Positions 24,194 to 32,000 of a stretch of DNA of 32,000 nt are shown piece by piece; the first letter of the stretch is position 1; each line of letters starts with the position of its first letter. Origin of the DNA: Pyrodictium delaneyi (lineage in GTDB: Archaea; Thermoproteota; Thermoprotei_A; Sulfolobales; Pyrodictiaceae); assembly GCF_001412615.1 (NCBI RefSeq), contig NZ_CP013011.1, forward strand, positions 960,001 through 992,000, read 5' to 3'. A program made the position numbers and the translations under genes. The notes beneath the pieces are model-generated. The model had not been told where the DNA came from and made no database searches. It saw only the letters and a list, made by a program, of their open reading frames with translations.

Positions 24194-24922
24194 GTGGCGA
24201 GGATAGTGTATAGGAAGATACTCGCGAAGCTGCTACAACGTAATCTGTCAAAAGATAAGCTGCCCCGCCACATAGCCATAATACCTGATGGTAATCGCCG
24301 CTGGGCCCGTAGGAGAGGACTTAGCCCCATAGTCGGCCACGTACACGGTTATTACGTTGCAAAGAATACTCTCAATAGATTGTGGAGCCTCGGTATAGAT
24401 AATGTTACCTTCTATGCGCTTTCTAGAGAGAATTGTCTCTACCGGCCGCGAGATGAGCTCGAGAACATCCACAAACTGCTTAGTCGCGCTATCGATGAGC
24501 TATGGCAAGATGAAAGAGTAGAAGACGGGTCTACAAGAGTGTTCATCGGCGGCGACCTCTCGCTCCTTCCCGGCTGGCTCGTCGAACGCATAGAAGAGAT
24601 AAACACCGCTACGGCTAATAACAAACCCCGCACGCTGGCTATTGCTGTATGTTATAACGGGCGCTGGGAGGTTGAAGAGGCTGTCCGACGTAGCTGCAAC
24701 GATAACGCCAAATTGAGGGACAGTATGCTGTTCGGCTGGCTTCCTGAGCCCGACCTACTTATAAGGACGGGAGGCGAGATGAGGCTAAGCGGCTTCCTCC
24801 TTTACCATATCGCGTACACCGAATTGTATTTCACTCGTCGTCTGTGGCCCGAGTTTGACGAGGCTGAGCTGTACCGGGCTCTTCTCTCTTTTCAGAGGCG
24901 GGAGCGGCGCTTCGGAAGATAG
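24194..24922 (+). CDS. uppS: cis-prenyltransferase (undecaprenyl/tritrans,polycis-polyprenyl diphosphate synthase)
   Basis: HIAIIPDGNRRWA, FYALSRENCLYRP, IRTGGEMRLSGFLLY and YTELYF are present. The start codon is GTG. Confidence 0.9.
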   Translation: MARIVYRKILAKLLQRNLSKDKLPRHIAIIPDGNRRWARRRGLSPIVGHVHGYYVAKNTLNRLWSLGIDNVTFYALSRENCLYRPRDELENIHKLLSRAIDELWQDERVEDGSTRVFIGGDLSLLPGWLVERIEEINTATANNKPRTLAIAVCYNGRWEVEEAVRRSCNDNAKLRDSMLFGWLPEPDLLIRTGGEMRLSGFLLYHIAYTELYFTRRLWPEFDEAELYRALLSFQRRERRFGR

Positions 24923-25997
24923 AGTGTTCTAGTATTCTCGCAAGCTGCCATACAACAGCTACTAGTATTACTGAGGCTACCGCATAGAGAGCAAAATTAC
25001 TCGCTATGAGAGCCTGGATGAATTTCCCTAGACTCATCTCGTTCATCATGTCTAGCGCTGAGGCTATAGTGTCGAGCAATACTACTGCAACTATCACGGT
25101 AGCTATGGATACTAGCTCTCTTGTCAGTTTTAGGCTACCGGAGACAAACTTTGAAGCAGCATGACCTAGTATTGCAATACTAGCTGCAAAACCCAATAAC
25201 CCAGTTACACCACGTAGCGTCTCAGCAAGATCTTGTGGCGATATACTCCCCATAGACTTCGCGTTCATGAGCTGCGTAATTGCCAGGCCGATGGCAAGTG
25301 CTGCTGAGAGACCAGCTGTAGCGTATGATACAAGTGTCACAGGAGTCTCTGTCAGAGCCTTCATTATTTTGTCTTCAAGATCAAAGCCCCGAACTATCAT
25401 AGCCGCACCTGCTATCATGAAGACTAGAAGAAGGGCTTCACGAAGCATGTTCATCAGTGCTAGGGCTGAGAACATGACTAATATAACGCCGGGAACGCCT
25501 AGGAACATGCGGGAAAACCTGGGCTCCGTCAACACCTTTCGCAGATACTTGACGAAGAGCACGTATGTCTCCTCAACACCCCTTAGCTGCTTTATCACGA
25601 GCCGGTGGACACCATAGACGGGTACAAGCGACGCCACCATTGGAACTAAGAGTTCATCCTCTGACCCATCGGAGACAACTATTACTCCGTCTGGCTGATA
25701 TTCCTCAACAAGCTTTTCGAGTTCTTGGCGTGCACGTATACTGGCTTCTGCTCCCCCAAGTTCACTGCCTGCTATTGCCGCTGGCTCCGCCTCGTAACCT
25801 TTACGCTTTAGTTCATCTGCCAGCCTTATTGCAGCGAAAAGAACGTTTGCATCGGAATCTTCAGGATCATAGAGTGCAAAACGTATAGCCGCGTCTAGTA
25901 CGTGTTCACGGCCAAGTATAGGTGTAGCTATACCTGCACGGCCTAGGTCGTTATCTAGGTCAACTGCCAGTACTAGCAGTCTCTTCTTCTCCTTCAT
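24831..25997 (-). CDS. DUF373-like archaeal integral membrane protein
   Basis: The N-terminal soluble domain (LLVLAVDLDNDLGRAGIATPILGREHVLDAAIRFALYDPEDSDANVLFAAI) is followed by about 6 TM helices. Confidence 0.6.
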   Translation of the reverse strand: MKEKKRLLVLAVDLDNDLGRAGIATPILGREHVLDAAIRFALYDPEDSDANVLFAAIRLADELKRKGYEAEPAAIAGSELGGAEASIRARQELEKLVEEYQPDGVIVVSDGSEDELLVPMVASLVPVYGVHRLVIKQLRGVEETYVLFVKYLRKVLTEPRFSRMFLGVPGVILVMFSALALMNMLREALLLVFMIAGAAMIVRGFDLEDKIMKALTETPVTLVSYATAGLSAALAIGLAITQLMNAKSMGSISPQDLAETLRGVTGLLGFAASIAILGHAASKFVSGSLKLTRELVSIATVIVAVVLLDTIASALDMMNEMSLGKFIQALIASNFALYAVASVILVAVVWQLARILEHSIFRSAAPASEKREEPGTAQPRQTRATDDE

Positions 25998-26898
25998 TAC
26001 CCTCTTCCTCTAGTTCGTCTAACTGCGTTGCGTATAGCAGTCTCAGCTCTTCCAGTGTAAGCGGTTCGCCGCGTTTAAGCTTCTCTTCTACCTGGCGCTT
26101 CTTCTCAGCATAGATTTGTAGCATCTTCTCGCGTTCTCTGCCAGTGTATATGCTCTTCAGCTGCTCGCTTAGCTGTCGAAGCTCCTGCACCTTAGTGTTT
26201 ATCTCCTCACGAAGCCTATCTATCTCTGCACTCATCTCCTCTATCTTTTTCGCAAGCTCGTCTATCCTTGGACTGAGAGAATCGAGTTCTTGACGGAGCG
26301 AGTTGATACGCTCGTCTATGCGGGATATACGTTCACTACGAGCACGTATTTCCTCGCCGTAGCTGCGTAGCTGTAGGCGGAGTCCCATAAGCTCGGCACG
26401 TCTCTCGGCGAGTTCCTGGAGAAGTTGCCTCGCCTCCAGGGTCTTTTGGAGGAGCGCCTCGAGCCTGGTTATTTCGTCAATGATCTCTTTCTCCTGCTGT
26501 GGGGTAAGTATCTGTGTCTGCTGCCGCCACTCAAGCTCCTCTATACGGCGACGAATAGCATTTATACTTCGACGTGCAAGGGGCCTCAACTCCGCCGCTA
26601 TACGCTTTTGCTGCTCAAGTTCATTTACTAAGTTACGCAACTTTTCTAGAAGTTCACGGCGTTTCTGCCTTAGGCCGCGGACCTCCTCGACCAACTGACG
26701 GCGCTTCTCCCTAAGCTGACGTATCTGCTCACGAAGTTGCTTTGCACGCTCTATCAATTGCCGTCTTTCTTGTCTAAGGCCGCGGACCTCCTCAATGAGG
26801 CTGTAGCGTTTCTCCTTTAGCTGCTTAATTTCCTCGCGCAGAGCTGTTATTTTGTCAAGTATCTCCTTCTCCGAAGCTTCAATGATGCCTGGCTGCAA
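25960..26898 (-). CDS. Archaeal coiled-coil protein (COG1340-like)
   Basis: The 312 aa are almost entirely heptad-like E/K/R/L/Q sequence, with an acidic tail. The TTG start comes 3 codons after an in-frame stop. The 3' end overlaps the DUF373 start by 38 bp. Confidence 0.65.
   Translation of the reverse strand: MQPGIIEASEKEILDKITALREEIKQLKEKRYSLIEEVRGLRQERRQLIERAKQLREQIRQLREKRRQLVEEVRGLRQKRRELLEKLRNLVNELEQQKRIAAELRPLARRSINAIRRRIEELEWRQQTQILTPQQEKEIIDEITRLEALLQKTLEARQLLQELAERRAELMGLRLQLRSYGEEIRARSERISRIDERINSLRQELDSLSPRIDELAKKIEEMSAEIDRLREEINTKVQELRQLSEQLKSIYTGREREKMLQIYAEKKRQVEEKLKRGEPLTLEELRLLYATQLDELEEEGNEGEEETASTGS
26672..26793 (-). repeat. Intragenic direct repeat with 105-bp period inside the coiled-coil gene
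   Basis: The exact 17-mer AGGCCGCGGACCTCCTC occurs at 26672-26688 and 26777-26793. This is a 35-codon spacing. It encodes EEVRGLR twice (EEVRGLRQERRQL / EEVRGLRQKRREL). Confidence 0.8.
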
Positions 26899-26983
26899 GG
26901 GCGCATCAACCCTTCGCGAAATGGGGGCTTTAGCCTATAGCACCGGGGTAGGAGACCACACCCCTAGAGCTATATTATTGCTT

Positions 26984-27397
26984 TTAGGACCGAGGTCTTC
27001 TACGGCTCTGGTAGAGGATGCGTCTTAGTGTGCGTGTCCTATTCTCAAGAAGTGTCTCAAGAAGTATGTCGATAAGCTTGTCACCATCTATACTGGCAGA
27101 AAGATCGTGAAACCTTCTACTACGCTTAGCGATTTCGACAGCCACCAGGTGATAGCAAGGTTCATTTGTCTCCCGGCCCACTACACGTATAGTAAAATGT
27201 GGACAACTACAATACGTACCTGGTATAACTACATAGTCTGCTCCACGACCCATAACTATCCAGAGTTCTACGGGCTGCACAGAGACACGGATAGCACGCA
27301 TCTCCCCAGCAGTAGCTGCTGCATCGCCATGCGCTTCCTCTCCTAGCTTGCGGATACGTTCTCTAAGCTCGCCAAGTCGGTTATCATTGTGACTCAA
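26984..27397 (-). CDS. SWIM zinc-finger domain protein
   Basis: CxCxnCxH is present: YCSCPHFTIRVVGRETNEPCYHLVAVEIA. The TTG start overlaps the rpiA stop (TTGA). Confidence 0.7.
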   Translation of the reverse strand: MSHNDNRLGELRERIRKLGEEAHGDAAATAGEMRAIRVSVQPVELWIVMGRGADYVVIPGTYCSCPHFTIRVVGRETNEPCYHLVAVEIAKRSRRFHDLSASIDGDKLIDILLETLLENRTRTLRRILYQSRRRPRS

Positions 27398-28143
27398 AGC
27401 GCTGGGTTCCTCCGAGTCCTCTTGCAGCTATGGACCATTGCTTTACCGTTACTATGACCGATGACGACAGCGTCTGCATAACCTATGAAGAGACCATGAC
27501 CTACTACGCCTGGCAACGTATCTAGGAGCGTCTCATACTGTTGCGGAGCCATAACACCCCAAGGCCATGTGTCAACGACAATGCCGGCATTGTCACTAAG
27601 TGCTGGACCGTCACGGCAACCACAGTTACTCCTTACCTCTACGCGTACTCCTCGGAAATTCAGCTCATCCAGAAGCGGCTCGAGAGCATACTCTAGCACC
27701 TCTACGGGAACAGGTTTACCTTTCTCACCCAAATTCTTAGAAACCTTACTCTCGTCCACAACTATCAAAGTGTAGCGGCTGTTATATGCCAGTATCTTTT
27801 CCCTAACCATAGCAGCTCCGCGGCCTTTGACCAGCATGCATGCAGTAGCATCTATGGCTACTTCGTCTGCACCGTCAAAATAGACGTCTAGACCACCGCG
27901 GGGTGCGTGGTTATAGGCTTCGACACCATGCTTCCGGAGGAGGAGGAGCGTAGCTAGGCTGGATGCGTAGACTCTCCTTGTCTTTAGAATCCTTGAGAGT
28001 TCCGGGTCATTCATCATCAGTTCTACTATCTTGGCAACCGTGGATCCGGTGCCTACACCTATGCGTGTGGCTTCTACTAGCCTACCGCGGAGGAGGCTGA
28101 GGGCCTTTTCCGCAGCTACCTGCTTGGCGATGCTAGCACTCAA
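27394..28143 (-). CDS. rpiA: Ribose-5-phosphate isomerase A
   Basis: GVGTGSTVAKIVE, DVYFDGADEV and KGRGAAMVREKI are present. The TTG start overlaps the end of the upstream gene by 11 bp. Confidence 0.9.
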   Translation of the reverse strand: MSASIAKQVAAEKALSLLRGRLVEATRIGVGTGSTVAKIVELMMNDPELSRILKTRRVYASSLATLLLLRKHGVEAYNHAPRGGLDVYFDGADEVAIDATACMLVKGRGAAMVREKILAYNSRYTLIVVDESKVSKNLGEKGKPVPVEVLEYALEPLLDELNFRGVRVEVRSNCGCRDGPALSDNAGIVVDTWPWGVMAPQQYETLLDTLPGVVGHGLFIGYADAVVIGHSNGKAMVHSCKRTRRNPAL

Positions 28144-29428
28144 TAACGCGCCCCCGGAGGTCGTACCAGGTGGCTCCGGTTACTTCAATGCATCTCCACT
28201 CTCCAGGCTTGGCTGAACCCTCCGGGAGTACTACTGGCATATAATTGTAGAGCTTAGCATCAAGTCCGCCACGCTCTCCAAGGGATACTACCAGGGCTGT
28301 AGCACGTGTACCGACGTACCTCATGTGCTCCTCGAGCCCTATCCGCTCTATGATATTCATGAGTTGTTTTGAGCGTTGCTTTTTAATCGGATCTGGTACT
28401 TGGGGAAGACCTGCTGCCACTGTGCGTGGACGTGGTGTATACTGTGCTAGGTGTACACGCTCGAAACGCAACTCTTCTACGAGTTTCACAGTATTCATGA
28501 AGGCTTCCTCGTCCTCGCCAGGGTGTCCTACTATTATGTCGGTTGCCAGCATTACTCCCGGTATCTTCCTCCGTATCTCCTTTACTATCCCGCGATACTG
28601 GTCCACAGTGTATCGGCGCTTCATTATCTTCAATACGCGGTCGTCGCCGCTCTGCACAGGTAGATGAACGAATTTAAAGAAGCGAGGCTTTCGGAGAGCC
28701 TCTATGAACTCGTCTAGTACTGGCTCCAGCTGCTCAGGGCTCATCATCCCGACGCGTATCATGAAGTTACCTTCTATCTCTGCTAGGCGTTCTAGAAGCT
28801 CGGGAAGCATTCTCTTCCCATAGATGTCTACCCCATAGACTGCGACATCCTGACCCGTTATCCTTATCTCTACGACACCGCGGCGTGCCAACGCCTCGAC
28901 TAGCCGGACAATGTTCTCCATCGGCCTACTGTATACGCGGCGCCGAGCTAGCTTGGTTATGCAGAAGCTGCAGTCGTTTACACAGCCGTCAGCTATTGGT
29001 ATCTCTGCTATCCTTCCTCTCTGCATTAGCCCGGGGTCCGGGGTGTAGAGTGTCTTAGGCCTTGAAGGTTCTCCTAGTAGACTCTTGCCCGTCTCGAGTG
29101 CCTCGTCTACCCTGTGTACGTTGTGGGTCGAGACTAGTATTGCGTCTGGTGCTATGCGCTTCACTGTGTAAGGTTGTGCTGAGGCCATACAACCGGTTAC
29201 TACGAGCACTGCGGAGCGCTTTTTCGCGGTCTTGTATAGTTCTACTATCCTCCTTCTCATTCGCTCCTCAGTGTCCATCCTTACAGTACACGTGTTTAAT
29301 ATAATAATATCGGCGTCATCTATATCGTCTACTATCACATACCCACGGCTAGCTAATACACTCTTCATGATAGCCGTATCAGCGTTATTTAATGCACACC
29401 CATAGGTCTCAAAGTAAACGCGTGGCAT
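28133..29428 (-). CDS. Radical-SAM methylthiotransferase, archaeal MiaB-like/MtaB (CDKAL1-type)
   Basis: The UPF0004 N-domain carries its Cys residues (ETYGCALN, NTCTV, TGCMA). The radical-SAM motif is CVNDCSFCITK. There is a C-terminal TRAM-like segment. A TATA box GTATAAGC lies about 25 nt upstream of the ATG at 29428. Confidence 0.85.
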   Translation of the reverse strand: MPRVYFETYGCALNNADTAIMKSVLASRGYVIVDDIDDADIIILNTCTVRMDTEERMRRRIVELYKTAKKRSAVLVVTGCMASAQPYTVKRIAPDAILVSTHNVHRVDEALETGKSLLGEPSRPKTLYTPDPGLMQRGRIAEIPIADGCVNDCSFCITKLARRRVYSRPMENIVRLVEALARRGVVEIRITGQDVAVYGVDIYGKRMLPELLERLAEIEGNFMIRVGMMSPEQLEPVLDEFIEALRKPRFFKFVHLPVQSGDDRVLKIMKRRYTVDQYRGIVKEIRRKIPGVMLATDIIVGHPGEDEEAFMNTVKLVEELRFERVHLAQYTPRPRTVAAGLPQVPDPIKKQRSKQLMNIIERIGLEEHMRYVGTRATALVVSLGERGGLDAKLYNYMPVVLPEGSAKPGEWRCIEVTGATWYDLRGRVIEC

Positions 29429-29606
29429 TGCTGTCTACACCACACCGCAGCTTATACTAGCTCTTTTGAACCGTCCCCTTGGGCCTATGCTACGTAGTAA
29501 GCCCGGAGGAGAGCTAATCAAGGATTCCCCGGGACTAGAATAGTTGGGTAGAACCGAATCAAGAAACGTCAGTACAACATATCTCAGGGTCTGGGGTTGA
29601 GCACTC

Positions 29607-30212
29607 TTGCCTAGAAGACAGCTAGTGTTGGCATTATTGCTCGCTGTATTCATGACTATAGCTGCCATGACTATCATACGCGAAGCCGAGGGTCCCCAGA
29701 GAGCTAAAGAGGTACCCCTACCAGACGTGGTAAAGAATGCCCCGGAGACTCTAAAAGTATATTCACTTGCCTTTTCTCGAGGAGACTTTATCCCCACAAA
29801 ATATACGTGTGACGGTCTAGACGTGTCACCGCCGCTAGTAGTGGAGAACATTCTATCATCCGCCAAGAGTCTCCTCCTAGTAGTCTATGATCCTGACGCA
29901 CCCAAGGGTACATTCTATCATTGGATACTCTACAACATACCGGTGTCTACTACCAGGATACCAGAAGACATCCCTAAGGATCCCGTAGTAAAGGGATTGG
30001 GACTACAAGGACGTAACGATTTTGGCAGAATAGGTTATGGAGGCCCATGCCCGCCCTCCGGCGATCGACCGCACCGCTACGTGTTTCTCATCATAGCCCT
30101 TGATGTGGATAATCTAGGAATAGAGCCTGGTGCCCCTTGCCGTACCATCCTCGAAGCCGCTAGAGGGCATGTAGTCGGCTACGGGTACACCTACGGCGTG
30201 TATGGCAGGTAG
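29607..30212 (+). CDS. PEBP/YbhB-YbcL family protein with N-terminal signal/anchor
   Basis: FIPTKYTCDGLDVSPPL, VYDPDAPKGTFYHW and GYGGPCPPSGDRPHRYVF are present. The hydrophobic N-terminus LVLALLLAVFMTIAAMTII depends on the TTG start. Confidence 0.85.
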   Translation: MPRRQLVLALLLAVFMTIAAMTIIREAEGPQRAKEVPLPDVVKNAPETLKVYSLAFSRGDFIPTKYTCDGLDVSPPLVVENILSSAKSLLLVVYDPDAPKGTFYHWILYNIPVSTTRIPEDIPKDPVVKGLGLQGRNDFGRIGYGGPCPPSGDRPHRYVFLIIALDVDNLGIEPGAPCRTILEAARGHVVGYGYTYGVYGR

Positions 30213-30222
30213 CTTCTAAGTG

Positions 30223-30498
30223 TTAGCCGCCTGAAGCAGGAGGCAAGATTGCTATCTCATCGCCGTCGGATACTGAAGTATCTCTAGATGCACTATGTCC
30301 ATTAACCGTGTATATCACCGTGAGGCCGCGCTCTTCCAGCTCTTTCACCAGTTTTTGGAGGCGTGGATACTCCTCGAAAAGCTTGGCTATGGCTTCACCG
30401 AGCGTGACCTTGTCATTGTTTATCTCTATCTCTACCTCACCCTTCCCGTTCACCGCTTCACGTAGGAGAGATACTAGCTTGATCTTCACCTTAGCCAT
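30223..30498 (-). CDS. MoaD/ThiS-family ubiquitin-like small protein (possible SAMP)
   Basis: The protein is 91 aa and ends ...GDEIAILPPASGG, with the diagnostic C-terminal Gly-Gly. Confidence 0.75.
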   Translation of the reverse strand: MAKVKIKLVSLLREAVNGKGEVEIEINNDKVTLGEAIAKLFEEYPRLQKLVKELEERGLTVIYTVNGHSASRDTSVSDGDEIAILPPASGG

Positions 30499-30710
30499 TG
30501 CATATCACCACGACGGTTTTTGGACTAGAGTTCTTCTGTTATTAGTGCCCCCAGCAGCCACGATTATATTCGACTCCTCTCGTACAACACCGCTGTGTGA
30601 ACGACGGCACCGTTATAGTCGAATTCTTGCTTGCGTAGGTTGGCTGAGAAAAGAGCACCACATAGAAGGCTGTGCATGTAAGGAGTAGCAAAGACGGGTG
30701 AACCACAACC

Positions 30711-31109
30711 ATGTATGGCGACGAACTAGACTTCTATACTAAAATGTACAACGAAATAGAGAGGCTACGTAAGGAGGGTGTCGTAGAATATGTTACGAGC
30801 TATGATAGGTTTCGTGAAATAATAGAAAATCACCCAGTAGTCGTAGCTGTTTTCACAACTCCTACCTGCAGTGCATGCATGATATATAAGCCAATATTCT
30901 ACATGGTTGCAGAGAAGCTCAGAGATAAGGCTAAGTGGATAGAAGTAGACGCCTATGAGGCTCCAGAAGCAGCGTTTGAATCCGGCGTAACAGCTACACC
31001 TACAACCATAGTGTATGTTGATGGAGAGGCCGTTGACGGCTTCGTGGGAATACTGGATGAAGAGGGACTTGTGGAGATAGTAAAACAGTATGTTGAAGAG
31101 CAGAGTTAG
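30711..31109 (+). CDS. Thioredoxin-fold protein
   Basis: VVAVFTTPTCSACMIYKPIF provides a CxxC motif (CSAC), and TPTTIVYVDGEAVDGFVG resembles the cis-Pro loop region. Confidence 0.7.
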   Translation: MYGDELDFYTKMYNEIERLRKEGVVEYVTSYDRFREIIENHPVVVAVFTTPTCSACMIYKPIFYMVAEKLRDKAKWIEVDAYEAPEAAFESGVTATPTTIVYVDGEAVDGFVGILDEEGLVEIVKQYVEEQS

Positions 31110-31138
31110 CCGCCGAGTCTTTTCCTTACACCCAGTAA

Positions 31139-32000
<862 letters not shown>

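Noticed and set aside
30568-30624. 8-bp inverted repeat ATTCGACT / AGTCGAAT in the moaD-thioredoxin spacer
   Set aside because: The arms are too short and the spacer too long (41 nt) to distinguish from chance.

Overview
The window reads as a compact chromosomal segment of a hyperthermophilic crenarchaeon. It looks Desulfurococcales/Pyrodictiaceae-like; this guess rests on gene content only, with no search run. Archaeal markers include NMD3, aIF2-beta, a PAC2/Pba proteasome chaperone, Dph6, archaeal-type MtaB, and DUF373/DUF424/DUF1152-like proteins. TATA boxes sit about 23-29 nt upstream of leaderless ATGs, internal genes carry GGAGGTG-type Shine-Dalgarno sites, and GTG/TTG starts are frequent. 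About 38 protein genes are supported: pstC-pstS; a large SF2 helicase; a speH locus; surE; glmM plus a Trm112-like gene; hsp20; uppS; rpiA plus an MtaB-like gene; a PEBP protein; MoaD/SAMP; thioredoxin; and amt-glnK. By eye I found no rRNA, tRNA, CRISPR array, transposase or integrase. Most of the window is housekeeping. The parts that deserve a second look are listed here. (1) A cysteine-free 1040-aa YprA/MrfA-like helicase has a C-terminal region of about 580 aa of unknown function, and it adjoins a visibly AT-rich islet. (2) That islet holds two convergent, 3'-overlapping paralogous membrane-anchored proteins and a 61-nt perfectly closed inverted-repeat element. (3) speH is flanked by a nucleoside-phosphorylase-fold protein and an amidohydrolase-fold protein that both seem to lack canonical catalytic residues. 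(4) The amt gene is interrupted at a G5 homopolymer, upstream of an intact glnK. (5) A 51-aa AbrB/SpoVT-like gene, absent from the ORF track, lies downstream of hsp20. All family assignments come from reading the translations and from recalled family motifs. None was confirmed by a database search.
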